Positions 13,876-25,931 of a stretch of 64,000 bases of DNA are shown here, in pieces. Each line of letters starts with the position of its first letter. Position 1 is the first letter of the stretch. Below the pieces are notes generated by a model, which was given only the letters and a program-made list of their open reading frames with translations, did not search any database and was not told the DNA's origin. The DNA is from Amphiscolops sp. MND2022 (taxonomy: Eukaryota). The position numbers were made by a program, and so were the translations under genes. The stretch is taken from assembly GCA_964187785.1 (NCBI GenBank), contig OZ076409.1, forward strand, positions 79,114,001-79,178,000, in the 5' to 3' direction.

Positions 13876-14815
13876 CCCTAGTTTGGAAAAAAATTGAAAC
13901 CTTGTACTGATCTTGCAAGTTTCTTACAAAACATGGTATTCTTGCAAGCTTCTTGCAAGCTTCTTGCAAGCCCATGCCAGTCTTGCAAGAATCTTGCAAG
14001 ACAATGCAAATCTTGCAAGATAATGAATTAGAATACCAATCTTGCAAGACTCTTGCAAGACCATGCGAATCTTGTAAGACAACAAATGAGTTATGATAAC
14101 GTAGTCAACAGCTTCCCCAATTGTCGAAAAAGATTATTTTTCTCTTGTTCTTGCGTTTTTTTTTCAAAAAATGTGCTTATAATCAATTTAGGTTCGTTCG
14201 GCCTAATTTCAAAGTCTCCTTCGTGTACATGATAAAAGAGGGTCATTTGTTTTCCAATGTACTACATCAAAACTGAGTTTCAAATGTCGGTTTCTTAATT
14301 ACAAAAAATAGGCTTTTAGGGCCTATTACACTAAAAGCACACTTCTAGAGTTTCATTTTTTTAGAGTTTGCATTTTTGGGTCCTTCACAATTTAAGAAGT
14401 GAGACTGTGGCTGTATCTATCTGGCTGTCTCCTTTAAGTCAATATTAAAGTGACAAAACTGAGGTGACTGAAGTCAGATTTTTGTCTATCAAAATCTTAT
14501 TTAAAACATTCTGAATAAAAATGTCTGGAATCGCTTTTTTGATAATAGAGTACAGGGACTAGTGGAGTTGATTATTAATGGTGATGTTCAATGGAACGAA
14601 AAGATTTTTGGGCACCTCGAATTCTCAGTCGAAGCTTGCAAAATCTGGAAAGTTCGACACTTTCCTAGCAATTATTACACGATGTCAATTCATTTATTGC
14701 AAAAATCTTGCAAGAACCTTGCAAGACAATTTGCAAGAATAATGCATTGACTTGCAAGATCTTGCAAGACGTCTTGCAAGATATTTCCAAGAATTACATT
14801 TTTTCCAACCTAGGG
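13876..14815. mobile_element. MITE with subterminal arrays of the palindromic octamer CTTGCAAG
   Basis: TIRs CCCTAGTTTGGAAAAAA / TTTTTTCCAACCTAGGG, flanked by TA. Many CTTGCAAG copies at 13911-14060 and 14700-14780. Confidence 0.65.
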
Positions 14816-17398
14816 TACTGTACAAAAAAGTCGCTTTGAGTAATTACTCACCATCGGTGTCTATGAAGCGAAAGCTAATGAGATAATTGTATTGCCGTAC
14901 TGATTGTTGTATGTTCCTGTACTTTGAGCTCGTGAGCTACTTTGGCAATTTAGATGATACTCTTAGCTAGTATTCGAGAGAAGCGTGACCTCCTCCCCAC
15001 GGGAAAGCAACCAAAGGATGTAAAATGGATTTATAGATATATTGGAGCCCGTCCGGTGTAATAACCCTAGTCGAGATTGCTTGAACTTTTTATATGCTGC
15101 ATGGAAACATGCGGGCTAATTTTTTATAAAACATGGAAAATTCCGGGACCGTGCATGGAAACATTTTATAGGAATACAATGCAGCCTTCACCATTTGAAT
15201 TAAAACTGAAAACAATTCCACTTCTTCGCCGCAGCGATCACTTTGTTTTCACGCGTAAGTTTCTCATGTTAGTACCTTATGTAATCCCCGTTAGCCAAAT
15301 AGCACGCTGAATATGACGCTACTTTGAAACTTATAATGTGACTGAAATTTGTTTGCATTGAAAGCGCGGTAAAATTGATTAAGGTCTCAGCTGCTTTCAA
15401 AATTAGAACGGCGTCTTTATGAAACCTGCAAAACGTCGCCGCGCAGAATTGCCGCCAAGCTTAGGATGCATTTTATAGGCAGCTTGATAAAATTAAATCG
15501 AATCAGTGAAGATTTAATGCATTGACATTTCTTTGAGAATTTTATAAAATCATGGAAAATTAGCTTGGTAACCTACAAAAACATGTAAAAAGTTCAAGCA
15601 GTTCCAACCAGGGAAGGGCCAATCGCTTTGGACCCGCCCACTCAAGCAACCGAATTAAGCTACAAGGCAGCTTGCCGTTATATGTCCTAAATGTTACATC
15701 AAGAAGATGAAAGTGTTTCACTCATTCATCAATTTTTAGACATGGGGGCTGCCAATACAAACCCTCGATTATTTATAAGAAGAGTCCAAGCAAACTGATT
15801 GTCTCTTATAACGAACGACGAAAATATCATTGCAAAATTGATACCCAGAAAATCGAGAATTTGCAAGAAGTTGCACTACCTGTGGTTGAGCTAAAAGTTT
15901 CCAGAGTGACGCATTTTTTAAACTTGAAAAGTGTTTTGAATATTATTCAGTCCAACAGAACATCCAATAATCAACAATCCAAGAAAATTAAGTTCAAGGA
16001 AAACCAACTGTAACCAACAGAAAGCAAGACGTCTCAAGATTTTAATCAAAACTCGAGTCCCTCACAAAAAAATGAAGCGCTGATTCTAAGCTCGTCAAAT
16101 TACACACCAGAAGTCGCTTTCCGAGAAAATGTAAATCGAAGAACAAAGAAAGGTATTTTTTGTGAGTCACATACAGAGACCTAATCGTCAGATTTCGAAC
16201 TTCGCTTTTAGCGTGAAGCAACCATGAGGCGTCGTTGGGAGCTTTTTCAGACTCAAGGTATTGTCGTTGTGGTATCATTATGGACAACAGAACGAGCAAA
16301 TTTTGATGAAGCAGGAAAATCATAAAGTTACATGTTGTCACTGCCATATAACTTAGAACTTGTTCTACTGTTTGATAGTGGAATCTCTGCAATCGGTACC
16401 ACTCTGCTTTTGTGCATACAACGCTAACTCTTTACTAGGCATGTAAACTTCAGGGAGACCTTATGGACAATATCATGGACAATCCAACATAGTTCCCAGT
16501 TTTGCAAATCAAACCTGGAACAAAATTTCTACTTCGATGTTTTTTCTCACTTTTGTTTCCAAAACACTCGATTGATGTATACAACATTGTTGAAAGTGCA
16601 TGCTGAATGTGACGCTATGTTTCAGTTTAATAAGTGAGTGACATTGCTTTGCAGTGATTTAGCGGTTAAGTTTATGAAGATTCAGTTTACATCATTCCTC
16701 GCTTCCTCTTTGTCAGTTAAACAGCCCAGGTTCAACTGCACGTCCACTGACGTTGTTGCACTATCCTATAGAGTCTCGCCATATTTACAGAAGGAAAAAA
16801 TTGGTACAGTGGTTCGAACATTCGGCCTGTACTGGTACGTTATCAGGTTCGAATGTCACTCAACTAACCATTGTTGGGGCTTGAGCAAGTCCTTCATCCG
16901 TAGCTTAAGGATTTGGTCGTGACGTAACGTACTCGGCGGAGAAAAGCAGAAAGATCAAGGGTAAGAAGTAAAGCCTTTGTGACCTTGAGCAAGGCATTTT
17001 GCCTACATTGGCTTGCCCTAGTTGAGACTGCTTGAATTTTTTGCGTACTGCAGGCCTGCAAGCAGGGTTATTTTTTATGAAACCTAAAAAATTCAGTAAG
17101 GTTCCGGTGCATTTTCTACTGCATTTACACTGCATTTTCCACTACTTAAACCAAATTTTAAAATAAATTCTGCATCATTACCGACACAATCACTTTGTAT
17201 TCACACTTTGTTTTCTCGACAATTACTCAGGTTCTGTGACAACCGTTTCGAAATAGGACGCTAAACAAAACACTCGCTAGCCGTTCATTACGCGACTCAT
17301 TTTATTTTGTATCAAGATATCGGTAAAACTGATAGCAACTTAGTTACATCTAAAATTAAAATTGTTTTTCAGTGAAACCTACAAAACTTCAAGGCTTG

Positions 17399-17555
17399 AA
17401 ATTGCCGCCAAAACTTTTTAAAGCAGCTTGATAAAAGTCCAAAACAGCGAAATAAAAAGAGGTTTAGAAAATCGTGATAAAAATTGCTGCCAGCATTAAA
17501 GTACATGTACTTTAATGTTGGCAGCAATTTTTATCACGATTTTCTAAACCTCTTT
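17399..17555. repeat. Foldback palindrome centred on GTACATGTAC (17501-17510); the right arm continues at 34014-34069
   Basis: The reverse complement of 17399-17505 matches 17506-17555 followed by 34014-34069, with few mismatches. Confidence 0.8.
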
Positions 17556-17896
17556 TTAGTCTGCGCATTTTAGTAGAAAATGTGCCCGACTATTACAGTG
17601 GGTAGTTTTTTTAGACACGAAAGGTCCACTTTTTTGTCCATTTGTTCAACAACCTCAAACCTCAACAACTTCAAACCTCAACAAATCCAACCTCAGAAGC
17701 GCGTCCAAAACGAAAAGAAAAAACAAAACAGACGTCCACAACCTCGAAAACACAATAAAGATCCCACCTTAGCCCCACTTTTTTCGGAACTATGCGACTT
17801 TTTTTTGAAGTTTTTTGGATTGCACCAGAGGGTCCCCCCTTCATTTGTTTCGATATTTTGCAACACAATGGATGTCAAAAAATCGCAAAGGGTCCC
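17553..17896 (-). mobile_element. HINE-like repeat copy 2, left part (split by Gypsy element A; right part 33803-34014)
   Basis: TTTTTAGTC...CCCGACTA end and AAGGGTCCC motifs. Resumes after the TSD and ends GCCGTTCTCGGCTTGTT at 34014, the reverse of the copy-1 start. Confidence 0.6.
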
Positions 17897-19606
17897 TGTC
17901 GTGATTTTGTTCGTGTGCAAAAGATTCTACCGAACTTTCTCTAGACCTTAGTCTATTGCTTTCATGTGTATAACACATTTTGGGGCGATTTTCCCATGTT
18001 TTCAGCGGATTTTCTCCTCCTGAGTTCCATTGTAGCCCATTGGACCTTCGGTCCTCTTTGGTGAAATCTCCTTCCTTCGGGCTGGGATGTAGCCCGTTGG
18101 ACCCCCGGTCCATTGTAGTAAAATTCGTTTTCCTCTGCGTTTCCAGCGTATTTTGAATGGAAGGGAGTACAGTATCAGCTATTGCAGCTGATATTGCGTT
18201 TTGTATTTGTGAATTTAAACTAGACTTAATTTCATTCAACCTCCTTGACATTTGGTTGGAAATTTCTTCATTGATCAATCTAGTGGTCTCTACAGTAACT
18301 TCGCTATTCTCTCTACTATTAGTATTGAGTAAAGACCTAAAGTCTTCTCCTACTAGGTTTGGATTTTGGTGTAGTCTATTAGACCCTGAGTCCAAATTAA
18401 GTTCACTTTCGCTTCGTTCTGCTCTTTCATCATCCCTATCATAACTTCCGAGCATTATATCAACATTCTCTACGTCGGACATGATGTCCAATTGCCTAGA
18501 ACGCCTTTCTTTGGCTTTCTGTTTTCTAGTGGAAGGCATGGAGAAATCTGGTATTTTCAAATAGTCAATTGAAAACTATTTCAAACAACAGAACGTAGGC
18601 AAAATATTATAACAAATCAGTGATGCGAGTGTATTGCAAGTTGTATCGAGATCTATTGTTGTGTCCTTCGGACTGAAGGTCCCGGGTATATATACTTTGC
18701 ACTGCATGACACCAGTAATTTAGGCCGTCATGTTACTATTAATAGTTGATTCATTCCCGAAATAGACCCACGGGATGACGTCAATACTGCATCATTTTAC
18801 ATTTATGGTTAAAAATAGCATCAAAGCCAGGTTGATAGGTTAGGCGGTCTCGCCTCAGGGTCTACTTATGAAGATATTACAAGAATATGAGTGCATGTTT
18901 GAATGTTATGTAAAATACATGATCTTCTAAATATTACATGACATCCAGTCAAATAGACTGGTAATGTATTGGTAAACAACACTAAATTGGATCTAAATTG
19001 CGTCTAAACACTTAATTCTATTTGTAAGTACTAATTTAAATCAAAAGCACTATGGCGGACCACTGGTCCATGCGTCTACAGCACTTAGTACAGCAGTTTA
19101 ATGGTAACAGCAAACAATAATAGGACGGACCACCAGTCCGTGCGTCTACACTAAATGTACTTAAATACAGCGCTGTGATTGGTCAATGTATTGGATGACG
19201 CCGCGTACAGCAAGCTACAAGAAACGATCATTTGAACTCGTTTCCTGTAACCTGCTTACTTGTGCGTTTCAATTCAATTATTAAATTACAGCACCGTTTA
19301 TATTCTAACATTACAACAATTTGCCAATCTTTGACAAGTATTTCAACACAGATAAAACCAATATTAAAACATATTAAAAGTGACTAGTAATCCGTTTAAT
19401 TAATACAAAAGATTGTTGTAGCCAAATCGACTTAAGTTCGAATATGTGTGAAGTTAATTTACAATGCAACAGTAACATATATTGTTTGTAGGCGTTCGTA
19501 CCAATGGTCCATTGTTGATTAGATTGGTAATACTCCTGGTGGGGGTTAAGAGCGCTATTTCCTGGTATCTGATAGAATATTCCATCACAAGCGGCAGCTT
19601 GCGACA
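17897..19606 (-). repeat. 3' LTR of element A (1710 bp)
   Basis: Direct repeat of 32092-33802 with about 20 substitutions and one 1-bp indel counted by eye. Confidence 0.95.
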
Positions 19607-20327
19607 CTCCCCCTGGGACTAAAATCACACTTGCTGCTCTCATTCCTGCTTCAAAGGCGTCCCGGCGTCTTATCCGTTGAGCATAAGTTTCGCCAGGTAC
19701 GTGGGTCTGTTCCAAATCTCCTAGCGTCATTTCCTCTTGGATCATAGCGTAGGACTTTCCACACACAGTACAATCGCCATGCTGGACGTAATTTGCTTCT
19801 CCGCAAAGTTTGTTAGTACTGATCGCCAGTCCAGTGATGTGTTGGTTTGTTACCCAAGTAATTTCATTATCTTGTTCTGCTTGCCGCTGAGTATGGTATT
19901 GACCTTGAGTCGGTCCCTGATCGGCTAATGGGGGCGACATCGGTGAGTACGGAATTGTGTCGATCCGGCTACAAATCGCCATACGGTGATTCGGGTCTCC
20001 GTCCGCATAAGTCTGCAAAGGTGGGCTACCAATTACCTAATCTATCAGGCTGTCCAAAGGGTCAAAGGTTGAGCCAATTGATCCTGATGGGCCACATTGT
20101 AGGTAGTCTTAGTCTTCTCCACCAGTTGGTAGGTCAAAAGTCATAGCCCTACCGACCGTTAGCTGGGGAGGGTAACTTGGTGCTTCTCTACAGCATGCAA
20201 GTACTTCTATGTCACTGTCGTCGTCCAGACTTCGGTTAACTACGGTTGTGGATACCGTATCGATCTCCATGTCTTCATCAGAAGACTCATATAGGGCGCT
20301 GACCAAGGGTCGGATGAATTCCTCCAC
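19519..20327 (-). pseudogene. Element A sense accessory ORF3 (~269 aa, non-env); two premature stops and a 1-bp deletion
   Basis: ORFs 20327-20109 and 20018-> share a frame, with stops at 20109 and 20037. Homologous to the element B ORF at 50765-51550 (SPMSPP, CxVCGxS, RRxAxExG, VSQxAACDG). The 5' LTR copy, with an extra G, gives the ending PPPGVLPI*. Confidence 0.8.
19607..19614 (-). other. Polypurine tract of element A
   Basis: Minus-strand AGGGGGAG immediately before TGTCGC of the 3' LTR. Confidence 0.8.
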
Positions 20328-21376
20328 ATCAAATTAGAGTGACATTTTATTGCAGTAGCGTGAAAGGAAGATTTTCTTAGCAATTTTGTTGGATCAACTA
20401 ATTTGTGTCTTGAAAATGAGTAGAATAATTTTTCTAGTCCAATGGACCCTGAGTCTTCCCCAGATTGGCGGGAAGCGATTTCGCGGGGAAACAGGGTCGC
20501 ATATTCCTTAAATATTCCTAAACTCTTCCTTTTAAGTGAGGGTAAAAGGTTGATAAACATCATCAGTTGGTTGAGGGGCTCGTTAATAAGTCTATAAGTA
20601 CTTCTCATTTTGTTTGTTTAACAGCAGTCTCGTAACAATCGTCAATGAAAGCGTTAACTTGTCTAACTAATTGATAAATAATATTCGCCATCAAAGACCA
20701 CCGGTCTAAGCGGCTTCAGCTAAGACGTCAGCCAATAAGATGGCCATAATTAATGCAGTTGAAGACTGCCGGTCCAAACGGCTAGAGTCAACGAATTGAC
20801 CAATTAGACGCGTTTAATGAAGAATTAAGTAATTACAGTAATAATGGGAATAAAAATGAAGATGACTGAATAATAACCAAGATGTTTAAGATGGTAATAT
20901 TACCATATGGTAAATTATGTATGGTATCATGAATGTTGCTGGCAGGTCACAAACATGAAAGGTTTATATTAGATGATGATCAGTGTAATTGGATTCAAAG
21001 AAAAGGATTTTAGCCACGACATCCTGTACCAAGTGTAAAATAAATGTTTCAGGATTATTAGTTCGGTAGACTAGTTGAGTAAATCAGTCAGGTTGGAATA
21101 TTTTAGTAGTGTCATAAATATTACATACATATAGTCTGTGTTTGACGTACAGTATTCCGCAAAGCCTCTAACAGTTTACTGTTTTCGTCACGCATTTCCA
21201 CATTTAAATTGGATTATCAATTGAATTTTGAATTGCCTCAATTACTGTCGTCCTTCGGTCCACTCGACTACAGTACTTTGTGTGGATTATAAGCCCAGAA
21301 GCAGGCTATCGAAGAATTCCCTCTATCTCCAAAAGGACTAGCGGTCACTTGTGCCCTCAAATTCTGCCTCTACAAA

Positions 21377-24300
21377 ATGGAGATGACATCAGGTTGGTTC
21401 TTTAATTTGTCTTAGCATAAACTTGATCAGGGTTCTGCTTTGACTTAAGTTACTTCCTCCATCGTGAAATGTTTTCATATTGAAACATTGATTCCAACTT
21501 ACTTCCGGAAGATTTTCAAAATGCGGCAAAATGGATTCATATTCACGAAGTCAACCGCGTAAATTTATTTCTTTCCAATTAGGCGAAGAAAAGAACGGCC
21601 AACCGACACAAGATCCCAAAGTCATCGAGACTGAGGACAATTCCGCCCAAACTGCTGCTATGGAAACCAATCCAATAGTGTCTGATGAGCAATCCGAGCT
21701 GCAAGCTGAGCCAGAGGACCAAAGGGCCGAACAGCTACAGCAATCCCCTAGCCCTACCCTGATTTCCAGGTTTCTAGCCACAGACAGCAGCGGGTCTACT
21801 GAAAGTTGCCGAACTTACATCACCTGTAAGATGAGTCAATTGGAGGAAGCTGCGGCAAAAGATTTTGCTGAGGTCACTGAAGCTGCCCAGCGTGAAAGCA
21901 TTAGCGAAGCCATGGAAGTTACCGTTAACCCCGAACAGTCCTCCTCTGGACAAATTCAGTCTTCCTGTCGACCACAGGTCATATTCCTTGACCCTCCAGA
22001 TTCTCAGACTCATGGCTCACAAACAGGACTAGTTGGGCCTTCATCCAAACGTTCCCGTAGTTCTCTTTCCGAATATGGTTCCTCAGTCGGAACTGAACCA
22101 GCTCTTAAAGACTTAGTGGCCGCCACCCCAGGTCAGACTGGAGTTCCATCATCAAACAGTCCTCTACCACCTCCACCCCTCTTTGGGGACCAGAGTGGGT
22201 CCGAAGTTGACCGAGCGTCAGACTCTGAGTCCGGACCAAACGCTGGCTCAACTCTAGCCGACGCATTGAAGACTGTTCATGACTGCAGCCTCCCTGTGTG
22301 CAGTGATCAATCCAGTGTAGCAACCCCTTTCGATCCCCCACGCGAACCCAGAGACGTCCCCTTAGGCGGAAGAAGCCGAGCTCTGATCAAGGAACACTTT
22401 GAAAACAGTGAACGAATTCGTTTCCCACCTGGGCATCCAGTCGTTGCCTTCACTGAAAGCCAAATCTCAGCTGTCATGCGAGCGGTAGCAGATGAGACCA
22501 CTAGGGCGTCGTATGATATGCTCGAAAATCTTGTTTATCGAGCCAGTCGATTATCTCTTGCCTCCAGGCCCGGGGGTACCAAGTCCAGCAAGGGAAGTTC
22601 TTCCAGAAGAGGCTCCTCTGTTGTTACCAGTGCAGGAAGAAATCGTTCCTCTTCCACCGAGAGGTATAGCAAAACCAGTGGGGCATTGCAAAGTAACGAC
22701 GACTTCGGAAGCCTTTGATATTCTTTCGAGCATTCTGACGCTGAAATGCAGATTGGGCGGTCCCCATATGGGCCGATGCCTGGGTCTAGCCGAACGGACC
22801 CGCAGTCCCCCCAGACTACTTTCAACTTGGACAGTCCTGGACTACAGACGCTTGCTGCACTAAGGAAAGAAGCAGTTGCAGATCGACAACAGAAGAAACG
22901 GTCCACAAAAGCTAAAGGGAAAGGGCAATCTGGTAGGGGCACTTCTGCACGTGTGAAGACCACAAGGACTTGCAAAGTCATGAAAGAAGCGTACTTCCGC
23001 GGAATGGAATGGACAAGGACTTTTGTTTCTGGCCCTGTAGACCCGAAGTGGAATAAGTACAAATTTTACTGCCAGATTTGCAAGGCTAATATCTCCATCT
23101 ATTCCAAAGTGGCCCGAGAGATCCTGAGACACCATTCGACAGAGAAACACCTCCGAAAAGATCAACGATGGAGGTATGAGTACCTGTACAAACTCGACCC
23201 CTGTACGAACACTCGGATTCTCCAAGTCAGAGGTAAAGATGGAAAGCTATTAACGCCATACGAGCTGGCTATCGAACTTCCCCGTTTCAAGGACGTTGAA
23301 TTGGTCGACATCGGGGAAAAGCTCCCCTTTTATGACGAGTACATGGCCGGTGCAGATCATATGTCCTCCTCCTCAGAGAACCGTGCCTGTATTCAGATCT
23401 CGGTGCTGGGACGTTTTCTCCCTAACTACGGAGATATTGACATCCTTCGTAGCTTCTGGAGGGACATAGGAGTAGTAGTGAACCACCAGGCACTATTTAC
23501 GGACTTCAATTGGACTAAAGAGCGTCTTACAGTTAGTATTCGTTAACTGGAGTTATTGAATCCTCCATACCAAGTTCTTAGCTACTTAACTTTCAAACTA
23601 GCTGTTCTATAAGCCTTAGGACCTTTGGTCGATTTTCCTACAATCATTTTGATCATGCCACATGTTTCAGGCCCTGTTCCATCACATGTTCCTCGAGGTT
23701 CTGAATGATGTGGGAAATCACATTCTCACAAGCAACGAGTATGCTCTGGAATTTGCTAATGACGGCATCTTCTTATTGGTATTTGTGAGATTCTGGATGG
23801 GCAACGAGATGTGCCGAGTGTTCCTCAAAAGGACTGGGAGGGCACATGGCCAGACCCAAGCTGAGATCTCGTTGATCTCCTGTGTGATGGGAGCCATATC
23901 AACCAGTCCTGAGATCATCAGCATCAGCGGCTGCATTTCAAATACTGTACAGTTACTGGATGACAGCCCTTATGGTCAATTTTCCGTACAGAGTCCACCG
24001 CGCTTCGAAGAACTCCAACTGAGGTCTCTAATGCACAAGAAAGACTCAAGTGTCTTTGGACACATCGATATGTTTGGGGTCCTACACCATCTCATCGCCT
24101 CTCTGGGACTGGAATTAGAACAAGAATGGGTGATAATCTCCCCAGAATTATCCAAGGTAAACTTCGTTTCCATTAGGTGTTGATTTTCCTTTAGGGTTTC
24201 TCTGCATTGAACTATTTGTTGTAGGCGATCAGGACTTGTCAGTTAGATATCAATGGTCTACCTACCCTGTGCCAGGAATTGCTGAAACACTGGCCCCAAG

Positions 24301-25767
24301 TCATTGCGTATCTGTCGCAACACTCAGTCACCCAGGGCATGCAAGGCGTTCGAAAGCAGGTTGAGTATTAGAAGACTTCTCTGGTTTTCTAATCTAAGTC
24401 TATAATGAGCCTCCCATTTTATGTAGTCAAAAGGACCCTTGGTCCGTAATAGCTAATCTACTTCTCAAAGTCTGTAGTAAGCCAAGGTGTATGAAGGTTG
24501 AGGAAAGTCGCATTTATCCTTAAGTAAATCATTGTCTTTTTGTTGTTATAGCCACAGAGTCTTGATTGGACGTTGGTGTACGACGAGTTCTTTCCTGCCC
24601 GCTTGGAACTATTCTATCGACTAGTACGGGACTACGTCAACAGCTTCGTGGTGAATCTAAAGCAGCGACGGGACCGAGGGTTCCATGTGTTCAGGGAACT
24701 TTGCCAGTTTCTCTTCAAGTTGGGACGACGATGTATCAAGTCCCCTAATCTGCCATCTGAGAGCGACTATCGTAAGATTCTGAATCTTTCTATTCCGGAC
24801 GTCAAGGCGCTAAGTACTGCAGATTTTCTGTCACGCTCAAAGCTTGACGTTAGAATTGCCCCTGCCTGCAAGTCCAAGGCTGAATCAGAGAAGGGAAAGA
24901 AGAAGAACGAAGGACTGACTCTGGACACCATTATCGCCAATTGTAAAGAAGAATTCGGGCGTAATGCCAGGAGCTATGTGATTTTCCTTTTCAAAGGGAC
25001 TCAAGGGCTAAGTCGTTTTACTTCTGACATTGTCAGGGGCTTGGGTCCTTCGACTTGGATGTGATGCTAGTGGATCCATTGGAGAATGCGATTTACTGTT
25101 TTAAGCAGCTGTTCACTAGTTTCCTGCTCCGTGGTGTATTTCAGGCCGATGAGGAATCCATCTTTATTGAGGAATACTTGTCGTTCCTCGATATCATAAG
25201 ATCTTCCCATCCTGACATTCAGCAGCCAAAACTCCTCATTGCAGACGCCATTCATTTTGTGTCTAGTCAGGAATCTCTAGCGTCTCGCCCCCACTTGCGG
25301 AGGATTTTCCGCCTAAGTTGCCTATGCCTTGATGAGCCTCGAATGTCGTTTACACCCGTAAAGTTTGGATCCCACCGGACTGACGATCCACTTAGTACAA
25401 TGTTCGACATCATCGCACCAATTCAATCCTTCCTGGGATATGTCGGCCATGGGTTAGATGTCCTTACTTCAGATGCGTCCGTGTCTCGCTTCCTGTCCTG
25501 GAGCAGTCTTTCGGGAACTCTGGTTTAAGTGACCTTTATAGCCCTTGGGACAGCGTCGACCACTTTGGGAAGACCCAGATTCGAGAGAATTTGGAATCAA
25601 AGGAGGCGGGCAGTCAGTCTGGACCGCAGGTCAACTCAGCTGCGGAAGAAGCCCCCATGCAGTCCTTCCCAGTTCCCAAGCCAGGCAAACGCCATAGTCA
25701 CTTGCTGAGCGAAGAAGAACTGACGGAATCAGCGTCCCGATTGGTGGCTGAATCTAGTAAACGTTAA
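21377..25767 (+). pseudogene. Element A antisense spliced gene, hAT-transposase-like/BED-finger protein (~1267 aa); exons 21377-21392, 21583-23531, 23671-24156, 24225-24359, 24552-25767
   Basis: Four GT-AG introns join the ORF pieces in frame at the same positions and phases as in element B. Cx2Cx16Hx5H finger at 23070-23150. Lesions: TGA at 22716 and frameshifts at ~25046 and ~25498. Confidence 0.85.
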
Positions 25768-25931
25768 TTGTGCTATATGTACAATTGTAACTTAGACTCC
25801 TTTGTAAATACTCTTCAGTTTCTTATTTATTGTTTGTCTATTTTAGTCAAGTTGTTTGGTTTAGCAGTCAGTCGAGTCCCAAAAAGATACTATTTATTAT
25901 TTGGCAGTGGGACTGTAATTTAAATGTCTGA

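Noticed and set aside
13911..14780. CTTGCAAG arrays as a CRISPR-like array
   Set aside because: The repeats are 8 nt with short irregular spacing inside a TIR element. The context is eukaryotic and there are no cas genes.
17841..18560. 239-aa ORF (and 49092-49670) as stand-alone genes
   Set aside because: They are the 3' LTR duplicates of the gag N-terminus running into flanking DNA.
20240..20608. Small minus-strand ORFs just upstream of ORF3 in A (122 aa) and B (51528-51845) as a fifth gene
   Set aside because: Position is similar, but I could not align them convincingly. Left unsupported pending a family alignment.
21377..25767. Antisense cassette as an independently nested, active hAT transposon
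   Set aside because: It has the same position, orientation and intron structure in two diverged elements. I noticed no TIRs or 8-bp TSD around it, and catalytic motifs are not evident.
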